A DNA stretch of 64,000 nucleotides from a plasmid. The translations under genes were made by a program, and so were the position numbers. The DNA is taken from the sequence record NZ_KX832927.1, one strand, 5' to 3'. This document shows positions 58,658 through 64,000 of the stretch, piece after piece. Position 1 is the first letter of the stretch, and every line of letters starts with the position of its first letter. The notes under the pieces were generated by a model. It made no database searches and was not told where the DNA came from. It saw only the letters and a list, made by a program, of their open reading frames with translations.

Positions 58658-59470
58658 TCACAAAGGCGGCAATGCTGAGGGGAAAAGTTTTGCGATCAAA
58701 TCATTAGTATTGTTTATCAAACTTTCACTTTTAAATAATAGATGCATTGTGCCTTTTTTGTACCACTTAACGAAGAAAAATTCAGTTTCAAAATTTTTAT
58801 TATTAGTTTGCACATTATCAGATATATATAGCCCAACACTATTTTGAAATTCGTGAATAGGTTTTTGTTCAAGAAGGCAAAATATTCTAACTAAGTCATT
58901 AACTGTATCAGTCTTATTAAACCTTGTTGAATACTTACCTACTGTAATGGCATTATCTATTATTATTTTTTTTCCAAGACAGCGGGGATTGTTGCTTTTG
59001 TAATCCCATGAAACTGATTGCAATACATCCATTAATCCATTCTTGAATGAATCAGCGCGATTAACACTTAAACTTGTAAAAGTGCATGATGCATTTTCGA
59101 GGTTAAACACCGGAGATTTCATATTGTAAAGATCGTATTGTAATTTCTCTATTTGTTTATTGCTCATGATTGTTTTGATACCAGATTTATCAATAAACAT
59201 TTGCCATATCTTTCTGTCTAACCAAAGTTCAAACCGTGTTCTGTCATCATCATCATTAGTATTTCTAGGATATTGTAAATCAATTAAATCGTCCTCTATG
59301 CATTGGTGAGGAAAATGATTATTGGTATTGGGGATTGTTTTTATTATTTCGATTGCCTCTGCTGCTTTAGAGAGTGATTCTTTATATAGGCTAATAGCAT
59401 GTTCTCGGATCGCAATTACTCTGTCTATCTCAATTGATTCGATGATATTAGTATTGGTATTAAGGTTCAT
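58658..59470 (-). CDS. Hypothetical protein (270 aa)
   Basis: ORF with no recognisable domain. Confidence 0.4.
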   Translation of the reverse strand: MNLNTNTNIIESIEIDRVIAIREHAISLYKESLSKAAEAIEIIKTIPNTNNHFPHQCIEDDLIDLQYPRNTNDDDDRTRFELWLDRKIWQMFIDKSGIKTIMSNKQIEKLQYDLYNMKSPVFNLENASCTFTSLSVNRADSFKNGLMDVLQSVSWDYKSNNPRCLGKKIIIDNAITVGKYSTRFNKTDTVNDLVRIFCLLEQKPIHEFQNSVGLYISDNVQTNNKNFETEFFFVKWYKKGTMHLLFKSESLINNTNDLIAKLFPSALPPL

Positions 59471-59793
59471 TAATAAAATCCAATTAAATTTTTTATATGA
59501 AATACGTTATGCGAGAAAAAAATAGAAGTAATACCATATCAAGCAAATACCAATAAATATATATATTTGTCAAAATGGAAACTTCATTGTTTAATTAAAA
59601 ATGAATTATTATGGTTTAATTTAATCCTGTTAATTTGGTAATCAATTATATAATGAATTGTTGTATTTAAATAAGTAATGGTATTGTATTTATCATTTTT
59701 ACAAATATATTGCTTTCAGCTTTATACGAATATAGTATTAATTCACAAATCTAATTAATTACACAGCTAATAATAATTAAACGAGGATGAGTC

Positions 59794-60213
59794 ATGAATA
59801 CCTATAATGTATCGTATAAAGTTAACCTTAATAACAATAACTATGTGCTGGCTTCATTTGATGTACAGGCAAAGTCAGAAAAGGAAGCGCGTAAAATAAT
59901 AAGTAAGTCGAATATAGGCGTTGAGGAATATACTGTTACTGAGAAAGACTTTTTCTCAGTAACGTGGTGTGCTGAAGATATTCATACAAGTATTGTTTCC
60001 GGTTGGGATAGTGAAACAGAATTAGATGAATTTAATAAAACTGATCTTGATGTTTTCTATTTTAATTTAAATGATGATGATAAAAAGGAATTTTGTTTAG
60101 ATGTTTTGGAGTCACTTAAAAATAACCATGATTGTAATTATGGTATTAATTGGGATGTAATTAAAATATCAGCAGATTCAAGTATGGATATATGGAAAAG
60201 ATTAATTAATTAA
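59794..60213 (+). CDS. Hypothetical acidic protein (139 aa)
   Basis: ORF with no recognisable domain. Confidence 0.4.
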   Translation: MNTYNVSYKVNLNNNNYVLASFDVQAKSEKEARKIISKSNIGVEEYTVTEKDFFSVTWCAEDIHTSIVSGWDSETELDEFNKTDLDVFYFNLNDDDKKEFCLDVLESLKNNHDCNYGINWDVIKISADSSMDIWKRLIN

Positions 60214-60548
60214 GTTTCAATATTAAATTACAGAAAAATAGTCAGAGCTTATTGTGTCTGGCTATCTTCACCAAAGGGAAAGCCTCTACTTATTCGTAAA
60301 ATACTGCACAAAATGGCTGAAAAAAGTGAATGGATGCAAGTAGTGGCTTTTAATATCATATATGCTTCGTCTAAGCGATTCTGAGCCACTCTAGCCTGTA
60401 TGCCAGTGCTCACCCACGATGATATGTGGAAATCCTCTCAAAATCGCCCCTACGCTGTTTTTAAAGACAGGGAAAGGATCGCCTACGGCTCACAGTACCC
60501 CCTAAAAGATCGCCTACGGCTCACAGTAAACCAAAAAAAACATAAAAT

Positions 60549-61019
60549 TCAGCTAGTAACACCGATAGCCGTTTTTCTTGTGCCCTTTTTCAAATGTGTA
60601 ATTCTCATTTTCAATGACTTAGTAATATTTTTGGTTTGCTTAATGTCAGCCCTGATAATTTTAAACTTATCCTCGTATTTTTGAATAAGCTGGCGCACTT
60701 CATCAGACCGAATTGAAAAATAGCGTATGTCAAAATCGCCATTACCTGTGGTTGGAGCATTGCGCATAGAGCCAACTTTTTTAGTTGCCTTGTTCATCAC
60801 AACCATTCCCCATCGAATCCGTACTGAGCCCCTGTCGTTATGAATTACTGGCAGGTATGGGGAAAATAACTCTTTGTTATTTATTTCTTGCATAAACTGT
60901 TGGATCAGATTTACCGCATTATCAGCGCATACAGTTATTGCTTCCTCACAGTCAGCAAGGATTGCTTCCAGCTTTAGCAATAACGCATCTTCATATGATA
61001 CTGACATGAATTTCAGCAC
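60549..61019 (-). CDS. Hypothetical protein (156 aa)
   Basis: ORF with no recognisable domain. Confidence 0.4.
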   Translation of the reverse strand: MLKFMSVSYEDALLLKLEAILADCEEAITVCADNAVNLIQQFMQEINNKELFSPYLPVIHNDRGSVRIRWGMVVMNKATKKVGSMRNAPTTGNGDFDIRYFSIRSDEVRQLIQKYEDKFKIIRADIKQTKNITKSLKMRITHLKKGTRKTAIGVTS

Positions 61020-61069
61020 TCCAGAAAAGGTTCAGAAAAAGTTATTTTAACATAAACTAATTATACCGT

Positions 61070-61180
61070 AACTACCCTATTGGTGACTTATTAGCCCGAT
61101 TACATTAAGTCGTAACTACCGTTTTGGTGACTTAATATCTGAGATACATTAAGTCACCAAAACCCCTTTGGTGACTTAAT
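61070..61180. repeat. Cluster of TGGTGACTTAAT / ATTAAGTCACCAAAAC direct and inverted repeats; a candidate operator set or oriT-like region
   Basis: TTGGTGACTTATTAGC, TTGGTGACTTAATATCTGAGATACATTAAGTCACCAAAAC, TTGGTGACTTAATG. Confidence 0.5.
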
Positions 61181-61493
61181 GTTTTTTGAAAATGTGCCGA
61201 TAACAATTTTGGTGCAGAAGAAAGAATTGTCTTTCATAAGCCATAAAACACCTATTTTCGACTAAATGTGAATGTTATTAATTTCTTTGGATTATAAGTA
61301 TCATGCCAATAATTATTTTGGTTATTTAACGTATTGAATATGTGTGAAATTTCATTCTCTCTCTGTTTACGCATACTGTAAATAAATGTATAATAAATTG
61401 CATTAGTCGTAGTTAGTGTGTTGACGACTAATGCATGTCTTACTATAATTTATACTGATATATACGTATATGCTCAGAATAAGTGAGGGGAGG

Positions 61494-62042
61494 ATGAAAC
61501 GCTTTCTTCTGTTTTTAAGCATTTTTAATGCTGCGATTTGCGAGGCTGCTGTTGTAGATTTAACTAATACCTCGTGGGAAAAGCACGCTAAACAATGTAA
61601 CCTCGATCCGCTTTTACTCTATGCTATTGCTCTTAAAGAGAGCTCCCATAGAACAGGCGATAAATCTTTTGTTGCACCCCATCGCTATGCTTTAAATAAC
61701 CCAATTATGGGCTCTTATTATCCGGTGAACCGAGATGATGCTGTCCGAAAAGTGCGGGAATATGTAAGCGTTTCAGCATTGACTGATATCGGTATTACAC
61801 AAATTAATTGGCGTTGGAACGGTAGTAATTATGTTTCTGACCCTGCTGAGTTATTAGATGTAGATAAGAACATTGAGGTATCAGCGAAGGTCTTGTGTCG
61901 AGCGATTGAACTATCTCCAAATGATATAGCGCAAGCCATCGGTAATTATCACACACCAAATCCAGCGTTAAAGAACAAAGCTAAAGAATATGGTGAATCA
62001 GTTCTGCTCATATGGAAAAGATTGAAAGAAAATGAACAATAA
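61494..62042 (+). CDS. Lytic transglycosylase (Slt-domain, orf169/VirB1-like) with a signal peptide
   Basis: MKRFLLFLSIFNAAICEA… followed by …LLYAIALKESSHRTG…GITQINWRWN…, the SLT catalytic E-S motif. Typical first gene of a conjugative-transfer or pilus region. Confidence 0.7.
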   Translation: MKRFLLFLSIFNAAICEAAVVDLTNTSWEKHAKQCNLDPLLLYAIALKESSHRTGDKSFVAPHRYALNNPIMGSYYPVNRDDAVRKVREYVSVSALTDIGITQINWRWNGSNYVSDPAELLDVDKNIEVSAKVLCRAIELSPNDIAQAIGNYHTPNPALKNKAKEYGESVLLIWKRLKENEQ

Positions 62043-62586
62043 AATAAATTGCTACAACACTGAAATGACTGATGTACTTTTCAGTTTATTAAGTAATTCT
62101 GAAAGAGTTGATAATAATCCATTTGTGGTCGTCAATTCTGACAAAACCTGTTTTGTTGAAGATTTTTCCATTATGAGAGATTTTTTCAGTGGATTGAAAG
62201 TGCCAGCATATATATTGAGCTATAAAGAGGATTCTCAGTCTTTATATACTAAGAAAGACCCGAACTTTAAAAAATCACTGTTGGATGTTTCATTTTTGCG
62301 TTTAACAATGCTAATTGAATCAGCAATTATTAACAGCATGTCTGGCACAGATACTAATCATTTCTTTTGGTTTAATGATTGTCAGTCATACAATACAATT
62401 AATAAGTTTTCTTTTAAAGAAATACTGTTTTCTTTGTATTCAAAACAAATATATATTTCTCCAATTTACAGACCTTCGATTATATCAACTAGGTTAGTCG
62501 ATAATGATGGTTATCATAAAAAATATGATGATGTATTATTCTATCTTAAATCTAGAGCGCGCTTATGTGGAAAGGTGTTTAAATGA
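62032..62586 (+). CDS. Hypothetical protein (184 aa). It could be the FlhD-like partner of the downstream FlhC-like gene, but the similarity is weak.
   Basis: Overlaps the downstream gene by 4 nt. Confidence 0.4.
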   Translation: MNNKINCYNTEMTDVLFSLLSNSERVDNNPFVVVNSDKTCFVEDFSIMRDFFSGLKVPAYILSYKEDSQSLYTKKDPNFKKSLLDVSFLRLTMLIESAIINSMSGTDTNHFFWFNDCQSYNTINKFSFKEILFSLYSKQIYISPIYRPSIISTRLVDNDGYHKKYDDVLFYLKSRARLCGKVFK

Positions 62587-63143
62587 AATTAACTATTGCG
62601 CCAGAAGATTATCAATTAGCAATTGATATGATAAAACTTGGATTTAGAAAGAATGTAATATTGTCTGAGATTCCAGCAATATCTCCACGTATGTATGGAT
62701 GTTTACGAAATGATTCAGGAATTGATAATGAGGATAATGATTTTACGTTAGGACGACTAAGAAAAATTAGCACTATATTAGCTAATCAACATGATAAACG
62801 ATCTGCTACTGATTTTTTACATGTATATTTAATGACTGCACAAGATCCAGAAAATAGATTGCAAATAGAAGAATTGGTTGGTGCTTATAAAGCATACCGC
62901 CATTTATTTAATGTTCATTGTGGCTTCTTTGATGATCCATTAAAGAAACACATAATTGATCCGAACTTGGCATGGCAAATCGCAACCAATTACCGAAATG
63001 GAATAATTGGTTTAACTGGCTGTTTTGAGTGTCGGCAGAAATATATCTATCTTACACACGAATCAGAGGATTCCTGCAATATGAAATGTCCATATTGCTC
63101 TGAATCTAAAGAAAATGAATTTATTAATAATAAGGGTGAATAA
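62583..63143 (+). CDS. FlhC-family transcriptional activator homologue (AcaD/SetD-like candidate transfer activator)
   Basis: N-terminal YQLAIDMIKLGFRKNVILSEI parallels FlhC [20 protein letters not shown]. The C-terminal Cys cluster CFECRQKYIYLTHESEDSCNMKCPYC parallels the FlhC zinc site. Confidence 0.55.
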   Translation: MKLTIAPEDYQLAIDMIKLGFRKNVILSEIPAISPRMYGCLRNDSGIDNEDNDFTLGRLRKISTILANQHDKRSATDFLHVYLMTAQDPENRLQIEELVGAYKAYRHLFNVHCGFFDDPLKKHIIDPNLAWQIATNYRNGIIGLTGCFECRQKYIYLTHESEDSCNMKCPYCSESKENEFINNKGE

Positions 63144-63982
63144 TGAAAAGTTGTAAAATGATTACAGGGATTCTATTTTCATTAGTGTTATCCGGCTGTG
63201 CTAATAATGAAAATAGTAATTGGATATATAATAATGAGGCTTCAAAACCAGTGGTTGAAAATGGAAGTGAGGCTCTCAAAATTGCTAAATCAATAGGGTT
63301 GAATAATCTGGATGATGATGCGGATAATTACACGATCTTTGCTGTGTTAGTACCAAGTCAGAAAGGAAATTCATTAAAAAAGATTAAGGAACCTATTGTT
63401 GTAAACGATACAAAAGGGATGGATCAGTTAAGAGAAATCACCTTACAAAGCAAGAATGCAGTAAATGTAGTGGATCTTACCCTTGCTGCAACAGTAAACC
63501 CTGTTTTTGGGCTTTTAGCTTTTGATACAAGCACACCTGAAGAACGAGCACCTATGATGGAAGGTCGTTTACTAGTAACCGAATGGGGGTCTACACCGCT
63601 GAGTTTCAGTGACCAGCTTTTGAAAACGAAGCGTATTAACTCTGTCTTTGATAAATACTTATCAAATGCAATTAAAGCTGAAGTGGCTGGAAATGTTTTA
63701 GCATGTAACGCTGCTAAATTTGTATCTGTTACAGAAAATAGAACTATTTCCGAGCAGAATCTATATGTAAATGTGCATCAAGCACCATTCACTAATCTGA
63801 AGTATTCATATAATTATACGGATCATGAGTGTGTTCATTATTTACACGACACTGGTAAGTATGAGGAAGAATTCAAGAAAATTAGTGTTGAGTTAGGTCC
63901 TGAAACCGTACTGTTTTTGCCGAGCAATTTGAAAAGTGAGCCAAAAATAATACGGAATGGTCAGGTATATAAATTTAGATAA
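63143..63982 (+). CDS. Lipoprotein (279 aa)
   Basis: Signal peptide plus lipobox LVLSGCAN. Confidence 0.5.
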   Translation: MKSCKMITGILFSLVLSGCANNENSNWIYNNEASKPVVENGSEALKIAKSIGLNNLDDDADNYTIFAVLVPSQKGNSLKKIKEPIVVNDTKGMDQLREITLQSKNAVNVVDLTLAATVNPVFGLLAFDTSTPEERAPMMEGRLLVTEWGSTPLSFSDQLLKTKRINSVFDKYLSNAIKAEVAGNVLACNAAKFVSVTENRTISEQNLYVNVHQAPFTNLKYSYNYTDHECVHYLHDTGKYEEEFKKISVELGPETVLFLPSNLKSEPKIIRNGQVYKFR

Positions 63983-64000
63983 AAAAAATCCCGCTTATTA

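Noticed and set aside
62032-62586. Assigning the 184-aa protein confidently as FlhD
   Set aside because: Similarity to FlhD is weak by eye, and the protein is about 70 aa longer than FlhD. It is kept only as a possible partner of the FlhC-like gene.

Overview
This window is a mosaic plasmid-type multidrug-resistance region made of two compositionally distinct halves. The left half (1-35.8 kb, GC about 50-60%) is backbone plus resistance islands. The right half (35.8-64 kb, GC about 30-35%) is an AT-rich plasmid module that contains a candidate previously undescribed defence operon at 37153..43006.

Left half, in order:
- A complete Tn10 (635..10981) carrying tetR/tetA(B)/tetC/tetD and the jem genes. 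IS5 is inserted inside IS10-Right with a TTAG duplication, which disrupts that transposase; the IS10-Left transposase is intact. Tn10 sits with a perfect 9-bp target duplication (CACTTAACA) inside a small ASCH-domain gene.
- A phage-like or plasmid backbone: C5 cytosine methyltransferase, a truncated N6-methyltransferase-like gene, a P-loop kinase, a DUF551 protein, and a ParA/ParB operon followed by a small HTH gene. An 18-bp perfect palindrome occurs at two promoters in this backbone.
- A resistance island: truncated sul2 fused to an extended Erm methyltransferase gene (erm(42)-like) and ISCR2; a GIsul2-type resolvase remnant; and an In4-like class 1 integron. The integron has intI1 with PcW, dfrA1 and an aadA7-like cassette, then qacEdelta1-sul1-orf5. 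Its IS6100 is flanked by inverse 152/123-bp IRt copies and preceded by a 321-bp partial IS6100 duplication.
- Further mobile-element debris: IS26 truncating a resolvase gene start, IS4321/IS5075 inside a Tn21-family 38-bp IR, and a Tn3-family tnpA 3' remnant whose IR (35749..35786) marks the compositional junction.

Right half:
- A hok-like type I toxin, a frameshifted ORF, and mazEF.
- The four-gene translationally coupled operon at 37153..43006: an MmeI-like nuclease plus gamma-class N6A methyltransferase plus TRD protein; an SF2 DEFH helicase; a 95-aa protein; and a T5orf172/GIY-YIG-like protein. It is bounded by an IS5-family IS on one side and a 27-bp solo copy of that IS end on the other.
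- A ParA/ParG-type partition module with ACACATA-type repeats.
- ssb-like, ParB-nuclease-domain and umuDC genes, resembling a leading-region module.
- A tightly overlapping three-gene operon of unknown function.
- A Rep_3-type initiator with six tandem 22-bp iterons plus about ten dispersed copies.
- ParM/ParR with parC-like repeats.
- A lytic transglycosylase and an FlhC-like (AcaD/SetD-like) regulator next to TGGTGACTTAAT repeat motifs.

The window therefore carries three different partition systems, which suggests a multireplicon or cointegrate structure.
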